Of a stretch of DNA of 64,000 nt, positions 26,152 through 39,209 are shown piece after piece. The notes beneath the pieces were generated by a model, which saw only the letters and a list, made by a program, of their open reading frames with translations, searched no databases and was not told the DNA's origin. The DNA lies in the NCBI GenBank assembly GCA_951406725.2, contig OX597817.1, positions 174,282,001 through 174,346,000 of the forward strand, given 5' to 3'. Position 1 is the first letter of the stretch. Each line of letters begins with the position of its first letter. This DNA is from Octopus vulgaris (Eukaryota). A program made the position numbers and the translations under genes.

Positions 26152-27365
26152 GAAGTAGTTGATAGCTTCCGTTATCTTGGTGACCAAGTCAGTAGTGGGG
26201 GTGGGCGTGCTGAAAGTGTAACGGCTAGAGTAAGAATAGCCTGGGCAAAGTTTAGGGAACTCTTACCTCTGCTGGTGACTAAAGGCCTCTCGCTCAGAGT
26301 AAAAGGCAGACTGTATGATGCATGTGTACGAACAGCCATGCTACCTGGCAGCGAAACATGGGCCGTGACTGCTGAGGACATGTGTAAGCTCGCGAGAAAT
26401 GAAGCCAGTATGCTCCGATGGATGTGTAATGTCAGTGTGCATACTCGACAGAGCGTTAGTACCCTGAGAGAAATGTTGGACCTAAGGAGCATCAGTTGTG
26501 GTGTGCAAGAGAGACGATTGCGCTGGTATGGTCATGTGGCGAGAATGGATGAAGATAGGTGTGTGAAAAAATGCCAATCCCTAGCAGTTGAGGGAACCTG
26601 TGGAAGAGGTAGACCCAGGAAAACTTGGGACGAAGTGGTGAAGCACGACCTTCGAACTTTAGGTCTCACTGAGGAAATGACCAGCGACCGAGACCTTTGG
26701 AAATATGCTGTGCGTGAAAAGACCAGGCAAGACAAGTGAGTCCAGCCCACTTATGCATGCCTTTCCTCCCTTGGACACACAAAGACCTGTTGAGGCAAGC
26801 GAAGTCGATATCGAACCTCATCCGACGACAGGCACCTATGCCAACCCCCCTTTGCTTGCGAAGACCTGTTGGGACAAGTGAAATCGAAATCGAAATCGGA
26901 ATCGAAATCGAAATCGGAATCGAAATCGAACCAATCCTATGACTGGCACCCGGCAGATGCCAGGACCCCTGGACTGGAGATACGTAAAAAGCACTATCCG
27001 AATCGTGGCCATTGCCAGCGCCGCCTCGACTGGCTTCCGTGTCGGTGGCATGTAAAAAGCACCATCCGAATCGTGGCCGAAGTCAGTGCCACCTCGACTG
27101 GCTTCCGTGCAGGTGGCACGTAAAATGCACCAATCCGACTGTGGCCGATGCCAGCCTCGCCTGGCACCAGTGCAAGTGGCACATAAAAAGCACCCACTAC
27201 ACTCACGGAGTGGTTGGCGTTAGGAAGGGCATCCAGCTGTAGAAACATTGCCAGATAAGACCGGAGCCTGGTGCAGCCTTCTGGCTTCCCAGATCCCCGG
27301 TCGAACCGTCCAACCCATGCTAGCATGGAGAACGGACGTTAAACAGTGATGATGATGATGATGAT
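26152..27365 (+). mobile_element. 5'-truncated RTE-clade LINE
   Basis: Open frame 26152-26739: EVVDSFRYLGD..RIAWAKF..LYDACVRTAMLPGSETW..RRLRWYGHVARM..GRGRPRKTW. The 3' UTR has (GAAATC)n, ~60-bp repeats and a (GAT)n tail. Confidence 0.92.
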
Positions 27366-30036
27366 ATATATATATACACGATGGCTTCTTTCAGCTTTTG
27401 TCTACCAAATCCACTCACAAAGCTTTGGTCGGCCCAAGGCTATAGTAGAAGACACTTGCCCAAGGTTCCACGCAGTGAGACTGAACCCAGAACCATGTTG
27501 TTGGTAAGCAAGCTACTTACCACACAGCCACTCCTACGCCTACGCAACTGCTGATCTTCCATAAACAACCTTGTCCAGACTTGTGCTTTGGAGGGTAACT
27601 TTCTAGGTGCAGTCCCATGGTCATTCATGATCAAAGGAAGTCTTGGAAGAAGACACTTGTCCTAGGTGGCACCATGCTGTAGGATCAAATCAGAACCATA
27701 TTGACTGGTAAAGAAATTTCTTAACTCAGACTTCTGGTGGCTTGCTGTGCTTAAGAAGACACATCAAGCTAAATAAAATTGTAGCTGTCCATGCATACAA
27801 GCATGTCTTCTAATTCCCTCTCTCGACCAAGAGATCCTAGTCTTGCAGGCAAGTGGTTGCTGGTGCTATGTAAAAGCACCTGTGCTGGTGCCATGTAAAA
27901 AGCATCCATGCTGATGCCGTGTAATAGCACCCAGTATGCTCTAAAGTGGTTGGTTTTAGGAAGGGCATCCAACTGTAGAAACCCTGCCAAACCAGGCAAA
28001 TGAAGCCCAGGCAGCTCTCCAGCTGGCCAATTCCAGTTGAACTGTCCAACCCATGCCAGCATAGAGAATGAACATTAGAAGATGATGATGCCGTTCCTGC
28101 ACCATATCTGGTGCCTTGCTGTACTTAAGAAGACCTGTCTGCCACAATAGACTTGATATCGGTGCTGGTGCATGCAAAAATATGTGATGGATGGAAAAGA
28201 AAAAGCTCTGTCTATTTGTAACTTCAGAACGAGGTAGACAGAGGAAGCTAGATCAAGGAGGGAAGTTTTAGAGATAAAATATTAAAGAACAAGGTTAGTC
28301 AAAGAATGTCTGTTATGCATCAATAAAAATCTTTGTCTTTTGCACTTTGTTTTAAGTCCATTCAGTAAGTTAAGCCTATCCCTCTTACAACGATTGTTGT
28401 CTTAAGGTGTGGGCACACTGGAAAGTTACTGGAGCTTCATGTGTCTAGGGGCTCAATTCTGTTCTTTGTAGGCTGTGGTTTATCAATAAATACTTAGAGA
28501 ATCCAGTGCATTGATTTGCCTGGGGGCCTGTAATGCTGCCAAGAGAGCCTTGCTTATAAGTTATAAATATAGAAAGAGTGGAATACATCATCATCATCAT
28601 TTAACATCCATTTCCTGTGCTGGCATGGGTCGGACAGTTTGACTGGAGCTGGTAAGGCCAGGGGCTCTACTATCTTTTCTGGCATGGTTTCTGTGGCTGG
28701 ATGCCCTTCCTAATGCCAACCACTCGATAAAGTGTACTGGGTGCTTTTAACGTGGCACCAGCACGAGTGCTTTATATGTAGCACCAGCACCGATATCAAG
28801 TCTATTGTGGCAGACAGGTCTTCTTAAGTACAGCAAGGCACCGGATATCTTGGTCCTTTGTAAGGCTCTGTATCTTGAGATTGGTCTCAAGACACTGTGC
28901 CTTACGAAGGAAATGACAAAGGACCAAGATATCTGGCGCAGTTACAAACTGACTGAAAGGTGACGAAACAGTCATTGTACTTTGCAGTGATTTCTGCTGT
29001 TTGCAGCAATGAAGTATACCTCATCATGATATTTATTTACAGCCAGTTGAGATATTTATGGTAAACATAACACAAGATAGATTCTGCTGGCTTCTCTGGC
29101 AATTTGGAAGATACCCTGTTGATTTAGCCAGCTGAAACTCTAGATATGACATGATATAATGTTAGAGTTAAATCTAAATATATGATAATTGTTTTTTTGA
29201 CTGGACACAACATGGTGAAGCAGATGCTGTGTTCGTGATAACTATAATTTTATTTTTGTGTGCAAGACTTAACTGACATGGCTTCCTCATACCTAGTAAC
29301 GCTAGCCATTAAATAAACACTAAACTGTCGGCCATTTTGTATAATTATTTTTTGTTGTTTTTGTTTTGTGCATCTTCTTTATTTGTCAACAGGATGTAAT
29401 CTATTTTCTACTTGTTCAAAATACAGTTATTTTTGTTTATTTTTCTTCCTTTATTTGTTGCAACAAATACAAAAATCATATTTTTGACAATGATTTTTAT
29501 ATTTTATTTGAGTACGCTTGTTGTATTACTGAACAATTTTCTAGTGAAATGTTACCAACTTCCTGTAATGAAACTTTCAGTGACTTAAAATTAAAAAAAA
29601 AAAACCTTACACACACACACATACACAAAAAAAAACAACAACAAAACAACAAAGGTAAAATACAATACAAAAGCAAAACAATTCCTGATTACTTCTTTGA
29701 AGTATTAATAACCGTCAAGCAACTTTTATGCATGAGCTCTTTATTGAAACAATGTACAGATATCAGGAAATTATCAAATGCTTCTTAAGTTTTAACATTA
29801 CAGCCAGCAGACAGATATTATCTTTCCGATGCTTTACTATAATGGTTTACTTCTAATCACTCAATGAGGGAGCATCCATCAGGTCACTTATTAGAAATAC
29901 CAGCCAAGTCTTTCTCTTGTTGTAACTCTACTGTCATGAAAATACATGTATACACAAATATGCATAAATACATACATGTGTAATTATGTGTACATATATT
30001 TGTGCATAAATATGCATGTGTTGTCATATATGTGTG

Positions 30037-30089
<53 letters not shown>

Positions 30090-30207
30090 TAGAGATAAAA
30101 CCACTATTAGGCAAATCAAACAATGAAAAACATAAAATTAATTTAATTTATATTATTTTAAATATATATCAAAAGTATTAAAAGTTTAATAAAAGATAAA
30201 GAGTAAA

Positions 30208-30300
30208 ACACTACGATCGTTTCATGGCTGTACAATTCGAATAACAATAATTTAAATTCAATTAATAATTCGAGTTATGGTTACAGTCAATCTTCAGGTT
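30208..30300 (-). ncRNA. Type I hammerhead ribozyme motif
   Basis: Minus strand: ac-CUGAAGA-uugacugua...uacagccau-GAAA-CGAUCG-UA-gu. Confidence 0.7.
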
Positions 30301-30459
30301 AATTGAAATATCTAAAAAATAATCAGAAATATTTAAACAATATTTTTAAGATAATATAATAATTTTACTTATAATAAACTCTATTATTATATTATTATAT
30401 TATTTATATCTTAAAAATATTGTTTAAATATTTTTTATTATTTTTTAGATATTTCAATT

Positions 30460-30552
30460 AATCTGAAGATTGACTGTAACCATAACTCGAATTATTAATT
30501 GAATTTAAGTTATTGTTATTCGAATTGTACAGCCATGAAACGATCGTAGTGT
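30460..30552 (+). ncRNA. Type I hammerhead ribozyme motif
   Basis: CUGAAGA (30463), long stem II, GAAA (30537), palindromic stem III ACGAUCGU, and a GUA triplet. Confidence 0.7.
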
Positions 30553-30788
30553 TTTACTCTTTATCTTTTATTAAACTTTTAATACTTTTGATATATATTT
30601 AAAATAATATAAATTAAATTAATTTTATGTATTGGCTTATGTTTTTCATTGTTTGATTTGCCTAATAGTGGTTTTATCTCTAATTTAATATAATATAATA
30701 TAATATATTTATACTATAAAATTGGATTTAATCCTAAATCTGATTTTTCTCTGTAAGTTTGGATTTATTCCCTAATATTTTATTATTA

Positions 30789-30851
<63 letters not shown>

Positions 30852-30854
<3 letters not shown>

Positions 30855-31360
30855 TCATCATCATTTAGCGTCTGTTTTCCATGCTAGCATGAGTTGGACG
30901 GTTTAACTGGGGTCTGTGAAGCCGGAAGGCTTCATCAGGCCCAGTCAGATTTGGCAGTGTTTCTATGGCTGGATGCCCTTCCTAACGCCAACCACTCCGT
31001 GAGTGTAGTGGGTGCTTTTTACGTGCCGCCTGCACAGGTGCCAGACACAGCTGGCAAATGGCCATAAACAGATGGTGTTTTTACGTGCCACCGGCACGGG
31101 GGCCAGACGAGGCGGGCAACGGACACGAACGGATGGTGCTTTTACGTGCTACCGGCATGGGGCCAGGCGAGGCTGGCAACGGACACGAGCAGATGGTGCT
31201 TTTACGTGCCAACGGCACGGGGGCCAGGCGAGGCTGGCAATGGACATGAATGGATGGTGCTTTTACGTGCTACCGGCACGGGGGCCAGGCGAGGCTGGCA
31301 ACGGACACGAGCGGATGGTGGTTTTACGTGGTACCATCACAAGGGCCAGGCGAGGCTGAC
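30852..31360 (-). mobile_element. RTE 3' end with expanded ~60-bp tandem unit
   Basis: GGTGCTTTTACGTG..GGCGAGGCTGGCAACGGACACGA recurs about 5 times over 31010-31358. Confidence 0.85.
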
Positions 31361-31498
31361 GAGTGGATTCTTTTATTCTTTTGCTTGTTTCAATCATTTG
31401 ACTGTGGCCATGCTGGAGCACCGCCTTTAGTCAAACAAATTGACCCCAGGACTTATTCTTTTGCAAGCCTGATATATATATATATATATCATCATCAT

Positions 31499-31544
<46 letters not shown>

Positions 31545-32810
31545 CAAGAATGATGTTGACAATAACTTCAAAGTTTTGGCCAGTTAATCCGTCATTGGAC
31601 TGCAGAGGAGGCAATCCAATGATGGTTTAGCTGGTTGGAAAATTGAAGTCACTGCCTGGTATGAGAATAATAAATTTGTACTCTATAAAAGTATAGAGTA
31701 ACTCATCAGACTAATGTAAAATTATTCTTATTATAACTGAAGATAAACACACACACACACACGTACATATGTGTATATATATATATATCTTGTATCAAGT
31801 GAACTTTTGCATAGTTTTAGTCTACCAAATTCTACTCATAAAGCATTGGTCAATATGAAGCTCTGCTAGAAAGTATTTGCTTAACCCTCTCATTACCATA
31901 TTTATTTTGAGATGCTCTGTGTTTCTTACAATTACTTTAAATATAACAAAGAATTTAGTAAAATAACTTAGTTATCATTCAGCTAGTGTTAGGAACATAA
32001 ATTGTGACTAAGGTTTGCTGGAAGATTTTAATTCAGAACTTATGAAAACAAGATATTTGTATTACAGAGCCAGAGGCGGTTTTGGCTGGATTGGTATCAA
32101 AAGAGTTAAAGTGCAGTAAAATGGATGGAAATGAACCTGAAACAACATCGTTGAGAAGTGTAACTGCAGAACTCACTCACCACACAATCAAGCCTGCATC
32201 CAGGCATATTCTTGATATACAGAAATAATAAAGACTCTTACATATCACTTAATGGATTACTTTCTAAGCTTGTTACTGATCTCATTTCATTGCTAAAACA
32301 AATTGGTATGTTAGAGTTGCATGTGCTTTGACATGAGGCTAATAATAATCTGCTAGCATTACTGATTGGTTCTGTGTTAAATCCTGCCAGAAAACACATC
32401 CGCTGTAAATGGTTGATGCTTTAATCGAATACTTATCTATAGCCTTGTTAACTTGCTGTAGGCTGCTGTAAATAAGGTTCACGGACTGTTAAGAGCTCAG
32501 CAACTGTCTGCTCTAAACACTACAGAGTAGATTTAAAATTAATCACCTGTCTTTAAAGACAATAAATAAATAAATATGCGAATAAAATGAATAATTTAAT
32601 TTTTTTCTTTTTTTTACTAAAAGTAAGGTGCAAGCATGTCTTTATATTTAAGAAGTTTGCTTTGCAACCAAGTGGTTTCAGGTTCAGTCTCACTGTCTGG
32701 CACTTTGGGCAAGTGTCTTCTGCAATAGCACTGGACTGATTAATGCCCTGTGAGTGAATTTAGTTAACAGAAACTGTGTGGAAGCCCATCATATATATAT
32801 ATATATATAT

Positions 32811-33015
32811 TCCTTTATTTCAGTCATTTGACTGTGGCCATGCTGGAGCACCGCCTTTAGTTCAACAAATCAATCCCAGGACTTACTCTTTGTAAGTGTA
32901 GTACTTACTCTATCAGCCTCTTTTGCCGAACTGCTAAGTTATGAGAACATAAACACACCTGCATTAGTTGTCAAGCAATGTTGGGTGGACAAACACACAC
33001 ACACATGCACATATG

Positions 33016-33074
<59 letters not shown>

Positions 33075-33259
33075 GTCTGTATATCTGTCTGTCTGTGATG
33101 AGCTTCTTTCAGTTTCCGTCTACCAAATGCACTCACAAGGCTTTGGTCGACCCGAGGCTATAGTAGAAGACACTTGCCCAAGGTGCCATGCAGTGGGACT
33201 GAACCCAGAACCATGTGGCTGGTAAGCAAGCTACTTACCACATAGCCACTCCTGTGCCT
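32811..33259 (-). mobile_element. SINE family A with internal (CTAT)n
   Basis: Full head and tail. Confidence 0.85.
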
Positions 33260-35340
33260 ATATATATATATAATATTATTCAAAGGAATTCCAACTCTGT
33301 CCGTTTTTTATGTTTTATTTATATTCTTTATAATTTTAATGTAGAATATAGAATATATAGTATAAATAATATATATATAGTAAAATGAAATGAAGTATTG
33401 ATTGTCTTATTGAAATAGATGAAATATTGAATATCAAATATTAAAAGACTAGTATACTTTCTTGCATTTAAGCAGTCTTCAAGGTCCCAGGTTGCGACAG
33501 GAATGTTTCAACTGACATACATACATATACATACATACATATAGATATATATATCTGTGCCAGCGATGCATAAAAGGCACCCATGTTTGTGAAATGTAGA
33601 ATGCACCCAAGCCTAAACGTACTGGTGCCTGGTGCAGCTCTCTGGCTCACCGGCTCCAGTCAAACCATGTAACCCATGGTATTTCATGAAAAACAGATGC
33701 TAAATAATGATGATGATGATGATAATGTGTGTGTGGTGTGTGCATGCATTTTTCTGTCTGTGCTGTGTTTTTCTCCACCTCACTGCTTGACAACTGACTT
33801 TGATTTGTTAACTTGCCCCTAACTTAGCAGTTTGGCAAAAAGGACCAATAGAATAAGTACCTGAGTTTAAAAGAAAGAAGAAATGAGGTTAATTTTTTCA
33901 GCTAAACCCCTATAGAGCAGCAGTGCCCCAGTATGGCTGCAGTGCAATGACTGGAGCATATAAAAAGATAAGACATAAAACGTGACAAAGTGAAACAAGA
34001 CTTTGAAAGAAATCCAAAACAAAAATAACATTGATTTTAAAGTTGTCAGATTAGCTGGACTATTAACCTGATACTTTTGTATTTTTATCTCTTCTGCTTT
34101 TTGATCAGCATAATCCTAACCATTTTATCTCTGTTTGAAATCCTGAACAACCTTAAATGCTGATCATAATGTTTCAATGCCTCTCATTAACTAATGATAC
34201 AAAACAGTGTAAAGTAAAACATGAAAGATGGAGTTAATGATTGAATCAGTGTGTGTTAGACTAGCAATAACTCATCTCATAGCAAGAGAAATGTAGTAAT
34301 ATTAATTTTGTTGATTGCTTGTTCTCTGTGATCTTTCTTCTTTCAAATTTAATAATATCAACTGTAGAATAAGATTGCAAATATTATTGTAATATCTAAT
34401 CATAAAATTAGCCAATTTTCTCTACTTTTGTATGGAGTATGCATGATATTCATTCATAGTATATTCAACGTGTATATGTTCTGTTCAGAAGCCACCAATT
34501 GAGTTTGCAAAATGTATCCTATGATCTTTTTAATTCCTTTTAGTCTTTACATTTTCTCCTTCTCTTGTTTTACTTTCCATTGCTCTGTTTTCTGACCAAC
34601 CGCCAGCATCCAAATTCTTTTTATAGTTATAACCCACCAGGTCTTTTGAAATAATCTCTAGCTTAATTTACAGCATCCCAACGCTTGTTTCTCGTATCTT
34701 CTTTAATGAAAGGCCCTGCCAGATTCGTTAAGAATTCTTTTTTCATAAAAATAATATATGATCTTTATTTATTATTATTATTTTATTAAAGGCAATGTGC
34801 TGGCAGAATCATTTGCAAGTCAGATAAAATGTTGTGGCATTTCTTTCTGAGTTCGAATTCCTCCAAATTCAACTTTGCCTTTCATCCTTTCTGGCTCAAT
34901 AAAATAAATACCAGTAGGGCAATATAATTGATTTACCCAATCCCTCTAAAATTGCTGGCCTTGTGCCAAAATTAGAAATAATTATTGTATTGAACTGTGG
35001 TCTTCAAAATATCTCTTTTGTTTCTACTGATTTCAATATTTGGAGGCACCCAGCATATTCCTCTTGGAACAGTCACAATATCTGATTGTATGAAGTGCTG
35101 CCATGTGCTAACCAAGATGTTAAGTGTAGTTTGATGTCCAATTCATTTTTGTAAGCCTGAGTCATAAAGCTTAACTCAAGTGTTGCTGTTCGAAGTGTTC
35201 ATGGTTACATTTTGTCTTGTAACTTAGTGGTCAGTCATAAAAATATACACTGGAGTTGGTATGTTTAACTAAATATCCAAAGACAATTCCTCATTATTGC
35301 TGTAGTTCACTAATTGTAATGTTGAAAAGAATAAAATAAT

Positions 35341-35453
35341 ATTCTGTTGTGTCTGGGGAGAGTCATTTTCTTTTTGTGCCTTATAATTTAACACACTCAC
35401 CGGCAAATTATAAGGTACAAAAAGAAAATGACTCTCCCCAGACACAACAGAAT
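35341..35453. repeat. ~49-bp-arm hairpin element
   Basis: ATTCTGTTGTGTCTGGGGAGAGTCATTTTC.. and its reverse complement flank the loop AACACACTCACCGGC. Confidence 0.9.
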
Positions 35454-35963
35454 ATGCTTCAACACACAAACTCATATAAAGAATCTTGCAAACCAAATCC
35501 CAAAAATAATATATGTACAGATGTAGGCTTTGTGGTTTTGTGGTAAGAAGCTGCTTCCCAACCACATGGTTTTGAGTTCAGTCCCACTGTGCAGCACCTT
35601 GGGCAAGTGTTTTCTACTATAGATCTGGGCTGACAATATTATTTTCAGTGGATTACTTAGATAGAAATTGAAAAAAGTCTATTGTATATGTGTGTGTGTG
35701 TTTGTGTTTGTGTTTGTCTCTCTAGTTATATTCAGGGGATATAAACAAACCAGTGTTGGTTTGTTTATATCCCCATAAAAGTTAAGGGTTTTGCAAAAGA
35801 GGCCGACTGAATAATTACGAGACTTTAGAAAAATAAGTACCGGGGTCAGTTTGTTTGACTAAAATCCCTTCAAAGCAGTGCCCTTGCATGCTGCAGTTCA
35901 GTTACTAAAACAAGTAAAAAAAAAAATGATAAAAATATGTACACACACATACACATATAAGAA

Positions 35964-35994
<31 letters not shown>

Positions 35995-36426
35995 AAGAGC
36001 ATGCAGTACACTAAATTCACTATAAAGTGCAAGAGAAAAACAAATTATAAATTATATTTATGTAATAAAAAAAAAACAAAAAACAAAAAAAACCCTTTTT
36101 AATCTTACAGAATTAACTCAAAGAAAAGAATGTCAATATTTGTTAAAGTTTGTTTTCCAACTGTCTTTTTGAATTTTAAAATAAAAAGTTAAAAACAAAC
36201 TGATGATTGCTAACACTTTTTCTAGCCTTTTTAGATTAACAATAAGCTTTGCTACTTTGAGTGTTGAACACACTATTAAATTATGTTCAATTAATGATAT
36301 TTGAAAACTGAAAAATAAAAGTGAAAAATAGTAAAAATGTTAATTATTTTCAGTATTACCATGCAAACGACTGGTAAATTATTTTTATTTATACCGGCTA
36401 AGTGAAAAATTAAAATGATGAAGTGG

Positions 36427-36487
<61 letters not shown>

Positions 36488-36815
36488 TTTAACACTTTCA
36501 GTACCACCTACTCGTGTTCATGTTTGAATTTAAATCTTTTCATTGAAAATCTTATACTAACATGAAAGATAATATTGGTTTGAAATTTTGACACATGACT
36601 AGTAATTTTGGGGATGGGGTAAGTCAATTGCATTGGCCCCAGTGTTTAACTCGTACTTATTATTGACTGTGAAAGGATGAAAGGCAAAGTTGACCTCAGT
36701 GGGATTTGAACTTGGACTGTAATGATGGACAAAATGTTGCTAAGCATTTTGTCTGGCATGCTAACAATTCTGCCAGCTTTCCACTCTAACATGAAAAATA
36801 ATATTAAATTTCAAT

Positions 36816-37249
36816 ACAGTAATCGTTTGCCATATTGTGGTTTATTATTTAAGCTTACATCAATTCCTCTGTGGTGGTGTTTTGCATTTATAATAAAATA
36901 AATATCTCATCATCATCATCATCGTTTAACGTCTACTTTCCATGCTGGCATGGGTTGGACGATTTGACTGAGGACTGGCGAACCGGATGACTGCACCAGG
37001 CTCCACTCTGATCTGGCAGAGTTTCTACAGCTGGATGCCCTTCCTAACGCCAACCACTCTGAGAGTGTAGTGGGTGCTTTTATGTGCCACTGGCCCGAAG
37101 GCCAGTCAAGCAGTACTGGCAACGGCCATGCTCAAATGGTATTTTTTTACAAAAAAAATATACTGTACACTACTATTTCTACTTTGTGGATTTTCACCTA
37201 TCGCGGGGGTTTTTGGAATGTAACACCTGCGATAGTTGAGGGATTACTG
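36816..37249. mobile_element. Tigger-like MITE with a nested RTE end (36907-37145)
   Basis: TA|CAGTAATC.. left end and ..GAGGGATTACTG|TA right end. Confidence 0.6.
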
Positions 37250-38326
37250 TAAACCTTTCTATTTCATTATTAAACTGTATGTAATGTGGCAAGCTGGCAG
37301 AATCATTTGGATGCTGGGTAAAATGCTTTGTGGTGTTTCAAATTCCGCTGAGGTCAACTTTGCCTTTAATCCCTTCAGAATTGATAAAATAAATACCAGT
37401 TATACACTGGGGCAATGTAATTGACTCGTCCCCTCCCCCACAATTTCAGGCCTTATGCCTATAGTAGAAAGGTGAACTGGCAGAACCGTTAGCATGCTGG
37501 ACAAAATATTTAGTGATATTTCTTCTGGCTTTACATTCTGAGTTCAAATTCAGCTGAGGTTGATTTTGCCTTTCGTCCTTTTGGGGTGGATAAAATAAGT
37601 AACATTTGAGCACTGGGGTTGATGTAATCAAGTGCCCCAACTCTCACCAATATTTCAGGCCTTGTGTCTATTGTAGAAAGGATTATTAAACTGTTTGTTA
37701 GGTTTTTTTTTACTGAGCCACATCATAATTTTGTACTATTTTGAAAAAGATAAATACAGAAACAAAAAAACCATTAAGAAGAAACACAAGAAATATAAAT
37801 AATTAACAAAAAAAAAGCAAAAACACAGAGAAAAAGACAACAAAAACCTCCAACAAAAAACTGAAACAAAACCCCCTGACTGTACTTTTGTTAAAAATAT
37901 GGTCTCCAGAGGATTATACACCTATAGAAATAATTGACTAATTATTTCATTGATGAAACAAATTAAAAATTTTCAAGGGCACTTGGCATGAATAATTGAG
38001 TGTGTGTGTGTGTGTGTGTGTGTGCATGCTTGTGTGTGCATGTGTGTGTGTTAAAAAAATTGAATATATTAAATGGAAGCAAGCAATTAAAGGTCCCCAC
38101 CTCTAAATTACAGGTTATTGAGTCAGGGCACTGATTAAATGGAACTCTTTAATGAAGATTATCTTGACATCTGTGTTACATAATCTACTTAGCACTCTCC
38201 TTTATGTATCACTAGATTAAATCATATCTTACCAGAAGGCTACATGGTAGGAATGGATTAGGCTATCTTCCTGCTAAAACAACAACACAAATAGTTGCAG
38301 TGCCACACAGGTAACCACGTGTGCAT

Positions 38327-38371
<45 letters not shown>

Positions 38372-38425
38372 ATACACACGCATAAAATTTCTCTTTCCCT
38401 CTATCCTTCCCTCTCTCTCCCCACA

Positions 38426-38477
<52 letters not shown>

Positions 38478-38525
38478 TATATTGGTATATAATAATAATA
38501 ATAATAATGATAATAATATATATAT

Positions 38526-38595
<70 letters not shown>

Positions 38596-38677
38596 ATAAT
38601 ATATATAATAATAATAATATATATAATAATAATAATATATATAATAAAAATAATAATAATATATATATATATATATA

Positions 38678-39194
38678 TCTATATATATAAAACTGTAGTT
38701 GTGTGAGTGTCTGTCTCCTACGATTTAGATTCCTAACTCCTCCCACATTTTGCGGTGCAGTTTAACCAAATTCGGGTATCTTATAGTCGTGATTCATATT
38801 GAGCCCATCTGGGTATTAGTGCGTGTCTATGATGAGTCTACGATTTTAAAAATAATTTCACATCATTTTTTATTCCATTTTAATGCATAATTTTTCGTGT
38901 GTCGATGGCGGCGGAGTTGGCGTCCACGCTCAAACACCTGCACCTGTGTTTGCTTCTCCCCCTTCTTCCCTCCCTCGTGAAGCTGTGGGGAAGGGAGTTT
39001 AAGGAAATCAACGTCGTAATGCGTTGTCAAGGAGACCAGCGTTCTTTTAGAACAACGACTTCATGGCTTGAAGACACCAAAACAGAAATGGCTAAGAAAG
39101 CCCGAATTGGCATCTATAAAGGAAGTAGCTCTCTAAAAATGCTTATATAGTTATTTCCCTTACAAACCCGAGCAACGCCGGGCGATACTGCTAG
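38678..39194 (+). mobile_element. Non-autonomous Helitron
   Basis: 5' TCTATATATATAAAA, 3' hairpin CCCGAGCAACGCCGGG followed by CTAG, inserted between A and T. Confidence 0.85.
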
Positions 39195-39209
39195 TATATA
39201 TATATATTA

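Larger units (their letters stand above)
30088..30684. repeat. Long inverted repeat (arms 30088-30353 and 30407-30684), probable inverted Penelope pLTR pair
   Basis: Arms are near-perfect reverse complements with few mismatches and one ~12-nt indel; the element lies between (TA)n tracts. Confidence 0.9.

Noticed and set aside
29366-29788. 140-aa ORF
   Set aside because: Low-complexity AT-rich sequence with no motifs or splice support.
31010-31358. Regularly spaced repeats resembling a CRISPR array (also 1648-2436 and 17882-17983)
   Set aside because: Whole units repeat without unique spacers, there are no cas genes, and the context is eukaryotic.
32462-32526. Additional exon candidates (also 24373-24440, 29043-29060 and 58704-58800)
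   Set aside because: Donor sites are weak or missing; they are indistinguishable from chance without RNA data.
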